Positions 9,386 to 19,030 are shown, numbered from the stretch's first letter. The stretch: DNA of 64,000 nt from Citricoccus sp. (GCF_032154715.1 NZ_JALDXU010000006.1:2399-66398), one strand, 5' to 3'. Numbers and translations: made by a program. The notes: generated from the letters alone by a model not told the origin.

Positions 9386-10311
9386 CAGGAGAATTCCTTT
9401 CTGAGCCGCGCCGCGAGGCGCTGCAGGTGGGACAGCGAGAGGACGGTCAGGACGATGGCGAGCCCGGGACCGATCAGCAGCCAGGGGGCGGACATCACGT
9501 ACTGCCTCCCCTCGGAGACGAGCAGGCCCCACTCCGGTTGCGGCGGCACCGCTCCGAAGCCGAGGAAGCTCAGGGCGGAGATCCAGATGATGGCCCCGCC
9601 GAATTGCAGAGGGATCAGCGTGAGGACGGGCCCCAGGGAGTTCGGCAGGATGTGATGGATGAGTGTGCGGGTGCGGCCCGAGCCCTGGTGCTGCGCGGCC
9701 TCCACGAACGCCGAGTTCCGGATCCGCAGGACCTCCGAGCGGGTGATGCGGGCGAAGTTCGCGATCGAGGAGATTCCCACGGCAATGGCCGCGTTGATCG
9801 CCCCGAAGCCGAGCGCCACGATGATCACCATGGACAGCAGGAGTCCCGGAACGGACAGCAACACGTCCACGATCCGGCTCACCAGGGCGTCCACCCAGCC
9901 ACCGAGGTACCCGGCCACGAGACCGAGGAGGATCCCCCCGGCCAGGCCCACGGAGACGGCCACGGCCGACGCCGAGAACGTGGTGGTGGTCCCGAAGACC
10001 AGCCGGGAGGCCAGGTCCCGGCCGAGGTAGTCGGTACCGAGCGGATGGGCGGCCCCCGGCGCCTCGAGGATCTGGCCCGCCCCCGCGTCCAGGGGATCGT
10101 AGGCGGTCAGCAGCGCGGGTGCGGCGACGGCGAGCAGCAACGCCAGGACGAAGAGCCCGGCGAGCCAGTCAGCGGTCCGCATGCTGCGCACCACCGCCCG
10201 GACCCGCCGTCGGCCGTCCGGTCCCGGGGCCGGACGGGGGCCACCGTCCGGTGACGGGGCTCCACCGTCCTGCGGAGCGAGGGCTGCGGGGGTCGGCAGG
10301 GTGCTGGTCAT
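9385..10311 (-). CDS. ABC transporter permease (DppC/OppC-like)
   Basis: This is a multi-TM permease. The start is MTSTLPT at 10311, overlapping the upstream stop by 4 nt. The rest of the track ORF is a spurious N-terminal extension. Confidence 0.85.
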   Translation of the reverse strand: MTSTLPTPAALAPQDGGAPSPDGGPRPAPGPDGRRRVRAVVRSMRTADWLAGLFVLALLLAVAAPALLTAYDPLDAGAGQILEAPGAAHPLGTDYLGRDLASRLVFGTTTTFSASAVAVSVGLAGGILLGLVAGYLGGWVDALVSRIVDVLLSVPGLLLSMVIIVALGFGAINAAIAVGISSIANFARITRSEVLRIRNSAFVEAAQHQGSGRTRTLIHHILPNSLGPVLTLIPLQFGGAIIWISALSFLGFGAVPPQPEWGLLVSEGRQYVMSAPWLLIGPGLAIVLTVLSLSHLQRLAARLRKEFS

Positions 10312-11300
10312 GATGATCCTTTCCGCACACGGAGCCGCCGCCCCCGCGCCGGATGCTGGGCCACCCGGGACTCCGTGATCACGATGCGGGGGTCGATCAA
10401 GGGGTAGATGAGGTCGGCGATCAGGTTGACCACCGAGTACAACGCGGCCACGAACAGCACCACGGCCAGGACCACGGGTGAGTCCTGTGAGCGCACGGCC
10501 TGTTCCGTCACCAGGCCGAGCCCCGCCCGGTTGAAGACGGACTCCACAATCACCGAGCCGGCGATCAGGTCCGCGATCGTGAGGGCGAGCAGGGTCAGCG
10601 CCGGGATGGAGCCGTTGCGCAGTAGGTGCCGGCCGATGATCTGCGCGCGTGACAGGCCCTTGGCCTTGAGCACCTTGACGAAAGGCTGGTCGTTCGCCTC
10701 GCCGAGTCCCTGGATCAGCACCTGCGTGACGGAGGGGCTCACCGCGATCCCGAGGGTCAACGCCGGCAGGATCAGCCCCGCGGGACCGTCGGTATCCAGG
10801 GCGGAGACCCAACCAAGCTGGTACGAGAAGATCTGCAGCAGGAAGAGCCCCACGAGGAAGCTCGGGGTGGAGAGCGCCAGCGAGGGGTAGACCGTGAGGA
10901 CGGCCCGCACGGCCGCGGAGCGGCTGAACACGGCGAACACGGCCACCAGCGCGGCGATGAGAACGGCAATCCCGAAGGCCACGAGCGCCAGCAGCAGCGT
11001 TGAACCGATGCCCTGGGCGAAGAGGTCGCCCACGGCGCGGCCGGTGCCCAGCGAATAGCCGAGGTCCCCCTGGAAGAGCCGTCCGAGGGTGATGAAGAAC
11101 TGCTCCACGGCGGACTGGTCCAGGTTGTAGTACTCGATGATGACCTGGGCTTGTTCCGGTGGAACCGGGTTCTGCGGGTTCTCCAGGCGGTTGCGGACCG
11201 GGTCCCCGGGCAGCGCGAAGAGCACCCAGTAGGTCAGCAGGTAGACCAGGGCCACCACCAGCAGTGCGTGCCCGGCTCGCCCGGCCACATACCGCCTCAT
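10308..11300 (-). CDS. ABC transporter permease (DppB/OppB-like)
   Basis: The family-typical N-terminus MRRYVAGRAGHALLVVALV begins at the ATG at 11300. The alternative GTG at 11426 would abut the SBP stop. Confidence 0.8.
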   Translation of the reverse strand: MRRYVAGRAGHALLVVALVYLLTYWVLFALPGDPVRNRLENPQNPVPPEQAQVIIEYYNLDQSAVEQFFITLGRLFQGDLGYSLGTGRAVGDLFAQGIGSTLLLALVAFGIAVLIAALVAVFAVFSRSAAVRAVLTVYPSLALSTPSFLVGLFLLQIFSYQLGWVSALDTDGPAGLILPALTLGIAVSPSVTQVLIQGLGEANDQPFVKVLKAKGLSRAQIIGRHLLRNGSIPALTLLALTIADLIAGSVIVESVFNRAGLGLVTEQAVRSQDSPVVLAVVLFVAALYSVVNLIADLIYPLIDPRIVITESRVAQHPARGRRLRVRKGSS

Positions 11301-11422
11301 TCCCTGCCCGACGCGCGGTCGCCCCGGTCGCTGCGGTGAGGCGGCGGTTCCGGGCGTCCTGGCATCATTCCCCGGGGAGACGGTGCTTTCCCGCGCGGCC
11401 TGGTGCGTCCGGACCCCGGCCG

Positions 11423-13066
11423 TCACTTCTCCTCCGTCCAGGCCCCGTAGAACAGCGGGCGGGCCTCGGCGCTGAAACCGAAGTCGTGGACGGTGGGCTG
11501 CACCGCGAAGATCTGGGAGTCCTTGATCAGCGGCACGGTGTAGGCCTCATCGATCACGTGGTCTTGGAGTTCTCCGAGGATCTCCTCGCGTGCGGCGGCG
11601 TCGGTCTCCGTGGCCTGGGCCTCGAAGAGCTCCTCCAGTCTCGCGTCCCCGGAGGGCAGCGCGAATCCGTTGGTCCCCTCCGGGTCCCAGGACGTCCTCA
11701 GGGTCGCCCACGGTGCCGGGTAGGGCCATCCGGAGCGCGTGGCCGCCACGTCCTCCGCGGCGTAGGCGGCCGAGACCTGCGAGTAGTCCGCATCCCTCAG
11801 CTCGAGGTTGATGCCCAGCTCCTTCAGTTGGGCCTGCACCAACTGGTACAGCGGCCGGGCGGTGCTGTCATAGACGTCGATCACCGTCACCAGATGCAGC
11901 TGCTGGCCGTCCTTGACCCGGTACCCCTCGGCGTCACGCTCGGTATAGCCGGCCTCGTCCAGGAGGGCGTTGGCGTGGTCCGGATCGTACTGAAGTTTCT
12001 CGCTCTGGTCCTTGAACCCGAAGGCGTCCTGGGTGACGATGCTCTGGGCCACGTCCCAGTTCTCCGTGTAGAGGTCCTCGATGATGCGCTCGCGGTCGAT
12101 CCCGTTCTGGATCGCCTGCCGCACCCTGACGTCCTGCAGGGCGGGGATCTGCTGCTTGAGGACCCACTGGTTGGTGGCCCCGAGTCCCTGCGCGGAGATG
12201 ATCTGGGCCCCCTGCTCCGCGAGCTGGGTCTCGTCACTGGGCTGGATGTAGCGGATGGCGTCCGCCTGCCCCGAACGGAACGTGCCGATGCGCACGGTGT
12301 CGTCCGTGACGGCGCGGACCACCACCTTGTCCAGGTAGGCCTCCCCCTCTTGGCCGACGCCCTCGGGCGCCCAGTCATAGCCCTCGCGCTGGGCGAAGAC
12401 GATCTCCTCGCCGTACGTCTCGCTCTCCACCACAAAGGGGCCGCTGCCGATGAGCCCCGTGATCTGCTGCTGCTCCTCCAGCGAGGCCTCGATGGTGGCA
12501 TCAGCGACCAGGGAGGCGGACCAGCCCGAGAGGACGTCGAGGAACTCTGCGTACGGGTGCTCCAGGACCACCGTCACGGTGTCCCCCTCGGCCGTCACTG
12601 ATTCGACCGCCGGGAACTGGTTGTTCGCTTGAATGCCCTTGGCCTCGTCCCCTTCCGCCTGCCACTGGAGGTTGCGCTGCACGCTCGCCGCGTCCAGAGG
12701 CGTCCCGTCCGAGTAGGTCACGCCGGGACGGATGGTGAACTCGTAGGTCAGGCCGTCCTCGGAGACCTCCCAGGACTCGGCGATGTAGGGGGCCAGCTCC
12801 CCGGTCTCCGGGTCCTTCCAGATGAGCCGGTCGGTGACGTTCTCCACGTAGGCGCTGTCCTGCCAGGTCCCGGCGCCCTGCAGCTGGGTGGACCGGGACG
12901 CCTCGGCGTCGAGGTAGGTCAGGGTTCCTCCCTGCTTCTCCACAGGCCCGGTGGAGGCCGTCTGGCCGGCCGGGCTGCAGGCGGCCAAGGTCAGGGCCAG
13001 GGGTGTCACGGCCAGCCACAGCGCGGTCCGGCGAGTTCTTCTGGCGGGATGGTTCTGGATGGTCAT
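11423..13066 (-). CDS. ABC transporter substrate-binding lipoprotein, family 5 (peptide/nickel type)
   Basis: There is a signal peptide with the lipobox LTLAAC. The 547-aa size fits SBP family 5. The start overlaps the upstream stop (ATGA). Confidence 0.85.
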   Translation of the reverse strand: MTIQNHPARRTRRTALWLAVTPLALTLAACSPAGQTASTGPVEKQGGTLTYLDAEASRSTQLQGAGTWQDSAYVENVTDRLIWKDPETGELAPYIAESWEVSEDGLTYEFTIRPGVTYSDGTPLDAASVQRNLQWQAEGDEAKGIQANNQFPAVESVTAEGDTVTVVLEHPYAEFLDVLSGWSASLVADATIEASLEEQQQITGLIGSGPFVVESETYGEEIVFAQREGYDWAPEGVGQEGEAYLDKVVVRAVTDDTVRIGTFRSGQADAIRYIQPSDETQLAEQGAQIISAQGLGATNQWVLKQQIPALQDVRVRQAIQNGIDRERIIEDLYTENWDVAQSIVTQDAFGFKDQSEKLQYDPDHANALLDEAGYTERDAEGYRVKDGQQLHLVTVIDVYDSTARPLYQLVQAQLKELGINLELRDADYSQVSAAYAAEDVAATRSGWPYPAPWATLRTSWDPEGTNGFALPSGDARLEELFEAQATETDAAAREEILGELQDHVIDEAYTVPLIKDSQIFAVQPTVHDFGFSAEARPLFYGAWTEEK

Positions 13067-13842
13067 GACTGGTTCTCCCCGGTGATGGTGGGTTTGCGTG
13101 CTTCGATGAGGTGCCGTGTCGAATGGGTGATGAACGGCCCGTGCGTCTGGATGCGGTCATGCAGGTCCCGGAGCCGGCCGCGGTATCCCGCCACGGTGAA
13201 TCCGGGCACCCACCAGATGACCTTGCGCAGGAGGTAGACCACGGCGGCCACGTCATGGATCTCGATCCGCAATCTCGCTGACTCGAGGTTGACGATGTTC
13301 AGTCCCGCGGCCCGTGCGGCAGCAGTCTCCTCGTCGGGGTGCCGCGCCTGGCGGGCTACGGGCAGGGGGCCGAGGAAGAACTCGATGAGTTCGAACGCGC
13401 TGGCCGGGCCCACGTGCTGCGCCAGGTAGGTGCCCTCCGGCGTCAGGACCCGGGCGATCTCGTCCCACCAGATGGTCGCGGGGTGCCGGCTGGAGACCAG
13501 GTCGAAGGCGGCGTCGGCGAAGGGCAACGGCGGTTCGTCCGGGTCTGCCACCACCACCACGCCACGGGGGTGGAGCCGTGCGCTGGCCCGCGCGAGGTTC
13601 GGCGCCCAGGACTCCGTGGCCACGGCGGTCGGCGGGAACGCCTCAGCCTGGGCCAGGACCTCCCCGCCGCCGGTCTGGATGTCCAGAGAGGCGGAGGCGT
13701 CCCGGAGCCGGCGGGCCAGGCGGCCGGCGTACCCCCACGGGGGGCGTTCCTCGGTGGCCCGGCCCTCCAGCCAGGAGAAGTTCCACCCGGTCACGTCGGC
13801 GGAGGCGCCGGCCTCGAGGAGGTCCTCGAAGGTGTCAGTCAT
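13063..13842 (-). CDS. class I SAM-dependent methyltransferase
   Basis: A motif-I-like LDIQTGGGE and the later VSSRHP...LTPEGTYL segment match small SAM methyltransferases. The start MTDTFEDL at 13842 overlaps the upstream gene by 8 nt. Confidence 0.75.
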   Translation of the reverse strand: MTDTFEDLLEAGASADVTGWNFSWLEGRATEERPPWGYAGRLARRLRDASASLDIQTGGGEVLAQAEAFPPTAVATESWAPNLARASARLHPRGVVVVADPDEPPLPFADAAFDLVSSRHPATIWWDEIARVLTPEGTYLAQHVGPASAFELIEFFLGPLPVARQARHPDEETAAARAAGLNIVNLESARLRIEIHDVAAVVYLLRKVIWWVPGFTVAGYRGRLRDLHDRIQTHGPFITHSTRHLIEARKPTITGENQS

Positions 13843-15106
13843 GGTCCGCGTCCTCCTGTTCGGCCTGCCCGTCCCGGCCCGTCGCCGGACCCTGACCACC
13901 CCAGAGAGCGAACTCGCCGGTCAGCAGATACTCGCCGACCGCCCGCGCCCGGTATTTCGCCGGGTTGTGGCTGGCGATGGTTCGGGCATTGCGCCAGTGC
14001 CGGTCCAAGCCCCGGACGGTGCTCGTGGCCGAGGCCCCGCCGACCTCGAAGATCTCGGTGGTGACCCGCTGCACCAGCTCGAGCACCACCAGTTGCGCCT
14101 GGAACACGTCGCGAGCCAGCCGCTGGGATTCCTTGGTCAGAAGATCCGTACTGGCCCCCTCCAGGGTGCCGTCAGCGGCCTTCCGCGCATAGGCGTCCAG
14201 CGCCGCCGACTGACTCAGCACGATCAACCGGGCCGCATGCGCCTTGGCGGCCACCTCGCCGACCACGGTCTGGACCACGTCCTGATCCCGGGGCGCCAGC
14301 TCACCCCGGTGGGCAAACGTCCGGCGGCGAGGGCGGACGTAGTCCACCGCGTCCTCCACCGCCGCCTGGGCCACGCCCGCGGCCACCAGGAGCAGGATCA
14401 TCTGGAAGAGTCCGACCACGAACCCGGAATGCGGATCATCGGCGTCGAAGGCCCGGACGTCCCGGGGGTCCACGGGCACCTCGGAGAGGGTGAGGCCCCC
14501 GCTCGCGGTCAGCTGCTGGCCGAATCCGTCCCAGTCGTCCGCCACCCGCACCCCGTGGTGGGAGGCGTCCACCAGTACCGAATGCCGGGTGTCTCCGTGG
14601 ACGGCGGAGAGGGAGATCCAGTCCGCGTAGATGCTGCCGGTGGTGTAGTACTTCGTCCCCGTGACGGTCCACTGCCCGCCGCGCTGCTCCAGCCGGGTGG
14701 TGATCTCGGATAGCTCCTGGCGCTCCGACGCGGCATTGCCGATCAGCGCCCCCGCGCCGATCCGGCGCAGCCACTGATCGCGGTGATCCCCGGGGGGTCT
14801 CAACAACAGCCGCTCCAGGAAGGCGATGTGCCCGCGGAAGAGGTGGGCCACGTTCGAATCGGCCGCGGCCAGGTCCACCAACAGTGCGGCGAAGTCGCTC
14901 AACCCCACGCCCCGGCCCCCGAACTCCGGTGGAACCCGCAAGGCGGTGAAGCCGCTGACCTTGAGCTCCTCCACCACCAGGAACGGCAGATCTCGAGTGC
15001 GCTCACGCTCTACAGCACCCGCACGGATGCGGGAGAAGAGCGGTGCGAACTCCGCCCGGAGCGCTTCGGTGCTCGTGCGCGCCGGGGTCGGTGAAACAGT
15101 GGTCAT
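13835..15106 (-). CDS. acyl-CoA dehydrogenase-fold sulfur-acquisition oxidoreductase (SfnB/DszC-like)
   Basis: This is an ACAD-like protein of about 420 aa. The start is set at the ATG at 15106 (GAGAGGG RBS), because the longer track ORF would start inside the riboswitch. Confidence 0.8.
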   Translation of the reverse strand: MTTVSPTPARTSTEALRAEFAPLFSRIRAGAVERERTRDLPFLVVEELKVSGFTALRVPPEFGGRGVGLSDFAALLVDLAAADSNVAHLFRGHIAFLERLLLRPPGDHRDQWLRRIGAGALIGNAASERQELSEITTRLEQRGGQWTVTGTKYYTTGSIYADWISLSAVHGDTRHSVLVDASHHGVRVADDWDGFGQQLTASGGLTLSEVPVDPRDVRAFDADDPHSGFVVGLFQMILLLVAAGVAQAAVEDAVDYVRPRRRTFAHRGELAPRDQDVVQTVVGEVAAKAHAARLIVLSQSAALDAYARKAADGTLEGASTDLLTKESQRLARDVFQAQLVVLELVQRVTTEIFEVGGASATSTVRGLDRHWRNARTIASHNPAKYRARAVGEYLLTGEFALWGGQGPATGRDGQAEQEDADHD

Positions 15107-15157
15107 GGCTGCCCTCTCGGATGGCCGCGCCGGGCAGCGATCATCCAGGGATGTCTT

Positions 15158-15280
15158 CAGCCGGCTGCACTTGCCGGTCACCGCTGCGGGCCGGCCGAAT
15201 CATCACCTGGTGCACCCCACTACAGCGAGAGGGTTGCAGTCCGGCCAGCCAGGGCTTCCCACCGGAACTCGTGATTCTGG
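15158..15280 (-). promoter_or_regulatory. SAM riboswitch, SAM-IV-like (5' leader of the sulfur operon)
   Basis: The minus-strand RNA reads GAAUCACGAGUUCCGGUGGGAAGCCCUGGCUGGCCGGACUGCAACCCUCUCGCUGUAGUGGGGUGCACCAGGUGAUGAUUC...CCGGCAAGUGCAGCCGG. This aligns block by block with the actinobacterial SAM-IV aptamer as I remember it: P1 with GAG, AAGCCC.GGCU, GCAACCCUC, GUGGGGUGC.CC.GGUGAUGA and a downstream GGCAAG. Confidence 0.7.
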
Positions 15281-15448
15281 GAACGAGGCTACGAACTCAC
15301 GGTCCTGTCCGCATCACCTGATTAATCTGACGACTTCTACGCTCCGGTGTGCGCGAAGACCGCCGAGACCACGCCATAGGTCGTCATGGGAGGTCATCTC
15401 CTCATGACCTGGCCTGCCACGTCGTCCGAAACCGGCCAGGCTGAGCCC

Positions 15449-15805
15449 TCAGCCCTCGGCCTCCTGGCGCGAGGCCCGCGCCAGCCGTTCGACGAGCTCG
15501 TCTGGGATCGGCTTGCGGGGCGAGAAGGTGATGCCGGTCTTGGTCGCCTTGAGGCCGGCGGCCGCGATGTCATCGGCATGTGCGGAGAGGGCGCCCGGCA
15601 GGAGATACAGCCCGCCCTGCTTGCTGAACGCCGCATAGCTCGCCACGACGGTGCCACCGATGCTGAACCCCGGCATGTTGTAGGCCACCATCTCCTCCGC
15701 CTCAGGCAGGGTGCGGGCCAGGATCGCGCGCAGGCGCTGCAACTCCGGCCGGAACGGCTCGGGCGCCGCTGCGATGTAGGCGTCGTGGTCCGCGATCGTC
15801 GTCAT
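15449..15805 (-). CDS. DUF1801 (YdhG-like) domain protein
   Basis: The 118-aa product MTTIADHDAYIAAAPEPFRPEL...AYNMPGF is typical of DUF1801. The remainder of the 517-aa track ORF is antisense to the AlkD-like gene and was discarded. Confidence 0.7.
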   Translation of the reverse strand: MTTIADHDAYIAAAPEPFRPELQRLRAILARTLPEAEEMVAYNMPGFSIGGTVVASYAAFSKQGGLYLLPGALSAHADDIAAAGLKATKTGITFSPRKPIPDELVERLARASRQEAEG

Positions 15806-15964
15806 GGGCGTGCCTCGCTTCTGGTGTTGTCGGTGGTCCAGATTCTCGTTCCCGGGATCCCGAGCCGTCCATGGTCCTTGGGCCGAAGGACCGCCCGGGC
15901 CACACCTGACTGGCCGCTCCGGATCGGTCCCCTGCGCCGGACCCTGCCCGGCGATAATGATCGC

Positions 15965-17089
15965 ATGCCTTCCGCTGACGAGCTCCTGGGTGCACGCGCC
16001 GCCACCGTACTGACCCGTTCCATCCAGCAGGTCGTGCCGGGGACGGACCTGCATTCGTTGCCCCGAGCCGCGGAGTCGCTCGACGGCCTCGCCCTCCGCG
16101 AGCGCGCGGACCTCCTGCGGGAGGCCCTTCTGGCCGACCTCCCGGGCGACTACCAGTCGCTCGCCCACGTCATCCGTCAGGCGCGAAACAGCACACCGGA
16201 TTTCGCCGGCTGGCTCATCTGGCCGGTCACGGGTGCGGTCCCCGCCCGGGCCGTCCAGGAGAACACCGCAGCAGCGTTTACGGATGCCATGGCCCTCCTG
16301 GCAGAACTCACGGGCCGGCTCACCTCGGAGTTCTCCCTCCGCACCCTCCTGCGTCACGACCTGGACCGCGGACTGGCGATCATCGCCGGTTGGACGGATT
16401 CCGCGGACGAGCACATCAGACGCCTGGCCAGTGAGGGCACCCGCCCCTACCTCCCCTGGGCGGTGCGCGTCCCGGCCATCACCGCTCATCCCGGCGTGAC
16501 CGTGCCCCTCCTCGAGACTCTGTACCGGGATCCCAGTGAGTACGTCCGGCGTTCGGTGTCCAACCACCTCAACGACCTCAGTCGGGATGCCCCGGACCTC
16601 GTCGTCTCGACGGCACAGCGGTGGCTGGCGAACCCTGGGCCGCAGACGTCTGCCCTCGTCCGCCACGGTCTGCGCACCCTCCTCAAGAACGGCCACCCGG
16701 GTGCACTGGAACTGCTCGGTTTCGGGCCCGTGTGCGTCGACATCGACGGGCCGCATCTCACCGCGGACCGGGTGCCGTGGGGCGGAGAGGTCCGCTTCAC
16801 CGCGGTGTTGCGCAACGTCGGTCCGGAGCCCGCTCGTCTCGCCATCGACTACGTGGTCCACCATCGCAAGGCCAACAGCACCCTCAGCACCAAGGTCTTC
16901 AAGCTGACCACCCGGACCCTCCAGCCCGGAGAGGAGATGGCCGTCACTCGGACGCACTCCTTCCGGGCGATCACCACCCGCCGCTACCACCCCGGCGGCC
17001 ACGCGGTCGCCCTGCAGGTCAACGGGATCTCCACCGTTCCGGTGCCCTTCGAACTGTTACCCGCGGATCAGGCCCTCAGCCTCTCTTGA
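15965..17089 (+). CDS. DNA alkylation repair protein (AlkC/AlkD-like HEAT-repeat)
   Basis: Starting at MPSADELLG, the sequence includes ...EHIRRLASEGTRPYLPW...DPSEYVRRSVSNHLNDLSRD, which matches this family. The start is the ATG at 15965. Confidence 0.7.
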   Translation: MPSADELLGARAATVLTRSIQQVVPGTDLHSLPRAAESLDGLALRERADLLREALLADLPGDYQSLAHVIRQARNSTPDFAGWLIWPVTGAVPARAVQENTAAAFTDAMALLAELTGRLTSEFSLRTLLRHDLDRGLAIIAGWTDSADEHIRRLASEGTRPYLPWAVRVPAITAHPGVTVPLLETLYRDPSEYVRRSVSNHLNDLSRDAPDLVVSTAQRWLANPGPQTSALVRHGLRTLLKNGHPGALELLGFGPVCVDIDGPHLTADRVPWGGEVRFTAVLRNVGPEPARLAIDYVVHHRKANSTLSTKVFKLTTRTLQPGEEMAVTRTHSFRAITTRRYHPGGHAVALQVNGISTVPVPFELLPADQALSLS

Positions 17090-17729
17090 GGACCCGGATC
17101 GCCAGCTGGACCCGGTTCTCCACGCCCAGCTTGTCAAAGATCCGCCCGATGTGGGTCTTCACGGTCGGTACGGAGAGGAACAGCTCCCCGGCGACCTCCG
17201 TGTTCGTCAGCCCGTCAGCCACCCTGACGGCCACGTCCCGTTCGCGCGGGCTGAGGCCCTCCAATGGGTCCGTCACGGGCCGACGTCGGCCCTGCCGGGT
17301 CGCGAACGTCACGAGCCGGGCGAGGACGGTCGGGGAGACGGCCATCGTGCCGTCCGCCGCCCGGCGGACCGCAGTCACCAGGTCTTCGGGTGGCGTGTCT
17401 TTGAGCAGGAACCCGACGGCCCCGGCTTCCAGGGCGTCGAGGATGAAATCATCGGTGTCGTAGGCCGTCAGGACGAGGACCTGCGGCGGGTCGACGGCGG
17501 TCCGCAACCGCCGGGTCGCCTCGATGCCATCGCACCGCGGCATCCGGATGTCCATGAGGACCACGTCCGCCCGCAGGTTCGCGGCCAGCACCACGGCCTC
17601 TTCGCCGTCGGCGGCCTCACCGACGATCGTCACCTCGGGGTCACCCTCGAGGATCAACCGCAGCCCGGCGCGCATCAGGGACTCGTCATCGGCAATCAGG
17701 ACGCGGATCGGTGAACTCACCTCTGCCAT
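17076..17729 (-). CDS. LuxR/NarL-family response regulator
   Basis: There is a receiver domain (VLIADDE...DVVLMDIRMP) and a C-terminal LuxR HTH (LSPRERDVAVRVADGLTNTEVAGELFLSVPTVKTHIGRI). Confidence 0.9.
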   Translation of the reverse strand: MAEVSSPIRVLIADDESLMRAGLRLILEGDPEVTIVGEAADGEEAVVLAANLRADVVLMDIRMPRCDGIEATRRLRTAVDPPQVLVLTAYDTDDFILDALEAGAVGFLLKDTPPEDLVTAVRRAADGTMAVSPTVLARLVTFATRQGRRRPVTDPLEGLSPRERDVAVRVADGLTNTEVAGELFLSVPTVKTHIGRIFDKLGVENRVQLAIRVLKRG

Positions 17730-19030
17730 GGCAACCAGGCCTCCACGGTGAAACTACCCGCCGCCGCCTGGACTCGGACACTGCCGTCCAGCAGTTCGAA
17801 GCGCTCGCGCAGTCCGATCAGCCCATAGCCGCCGCTGCCATCGGAGACGGCGTGGGCGGGGACGGGGTTGCTGGCGATCAGGGTGATGCCTTCGCCGCGG
17901 ACCCCGGTGAGCGTGAGCCGGACGGGACCGTGTGGCGCGTGCGTCCGTGCGTTGGTCAGACATTCCTGACCGAACCGGAAGACGGCGCGGGAGACCACCT
18001 CCGGAAGTGCCTCGCCGTCATCGGCTTCCAGCAGCCCGGAGGTGGTGAACTCGACCGGAGTGCCGAGTTCACGCGTCGTGGCCACGAGGCCCTCAAGGGC
18101 GGCGAGGGTCGCGTCCGGGGAGGCGGGGTGGTCCTCCTCCCGGAGCACGCTCAGCACGGTCCGTAGTTCCCGTGACGCCGTCCTCGCCGTCTCCCGCACC
18201 AATCCAGCCGTGCGGTGCAGGGTCTCGGCGTCCAGGTCCGTGCGGTATTCCAGGGCGCCGGCATGCAGGGAGATCAGGCTGAGGCGGTGCGAGAGGCTGT
18301 CGTGCATCTCCCGGGCGATCCGGGTGCGCTCGGCGGCGCGCACCTGCTCGGCGTGGGCCTCTCGCTCACGGCGGGCCGTGACCGCCTCCTGGCGCAGGGA
18401 GCGGATCAGTGCCCGCCGGCCGCGACGCACCGATCCCACCAACCAGCAGACACCGCACACCGCCACGGCGAGGAGCAGCACCATCCACACTGAGGCGGAC
18501 GGATCAGGCTCCGCGACGGAGGCGTTGAGGACCGCTGCCGCGAGGAACACGCCGGCGGCCACGCCGAACCACCAGGGCCGGCGTCGGGCGGCGAAGGAGA
18601 CCAGGACGATGACCTGGGCTGGTGCCGCCAAACTGGACACGGTGGCGGTCGCGATCACGGCTACACCGGCCGCGAGCGCCCAGCCGCTGTCCACGCCTGG
18701 GCGTGCCGTGGTTGCGGCAGAACCGGCGGCCGGGGCGCCCTGGGCCTCCGGGCCGGCGTCGAACCCTGCCGCTGGGGCAACCGGGGCCGAGAACAACGCA
18801 TCGGCCCAGGGCCGGAGCGCGAAGGGCAGGATGGCCACGGCCAGCAATCCGAAGAGGAGGTCGCCGAACATCACCAGGGAGAGGCGGACGGCCTCAAGGG
18901 AGGACAGGGTCCCCGGGTCCTCTGGCAGCATGCTGCCGCGGACCACGGCGAACACGAGGAGCCCCGCCACCAGGGCCCCCAGCGTGGTCCCGGCGGCGTA
19001 CCACCCCGGTCGGCGAATCCATCTCAGCAC
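17717..19030 (-). CDS. sensor histidine kinase (HisKA_3 type)
   Basis: The N-terminus is multi-TM. The H-box reads EMHDSLSHRLSLI and a C-terminal HATPase region follows. The gene overlaps the response regulator start by 13 nt. Confidence 0.85.
   Translation of the reverse strand: MLRWIRRPGWYAAGTTLGALVAGLLVFAVVRGSMLPEDPGTLSSLEAVRLSLVMFGDLLFGLLAVAILPFALRPWADALFSAPVAPAAGFDAGPEAQGAPAAGSAATTARPGVDSGWALAAGVAVIATATVSSLAAPAQVIVLVSFAARRRPWWFGVAAGVFLAAAVLNASVAEPDPSASVWMVLLLAVAVCGVCWLVGSVRRGRRALIRSLRQEAVTARREREAHAEQVRAAERTRIAREMHDSLSHRLSLISLHAGALEYRTDLDAETLHRTAGLVRETARTASRELRTVLSVLREEDHPASPDATLAALEGLVATTRELGTPVEFTTSGLLEADDGEALPEVVSRAVFRFGQECLTNARTHAPHGPVRLTLTGVRGEGITLIASNPVPAHAVSDGSGGYGLIGLRERFELLDGSVRVQAAAGSFTVEAWLPWQR

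Noticed and set aside
15449-17002. A 517-aa minus-strand ORF and the 15386 start of the 567-aa plus-strand ORF.
   Set aside because: Only the last 118 aa (DUF1801) of the minus ORF, and the part of the plus ORF from the ATG at 15965 (AlkD-like), show family features. The remainders are mutually antisense extensions.
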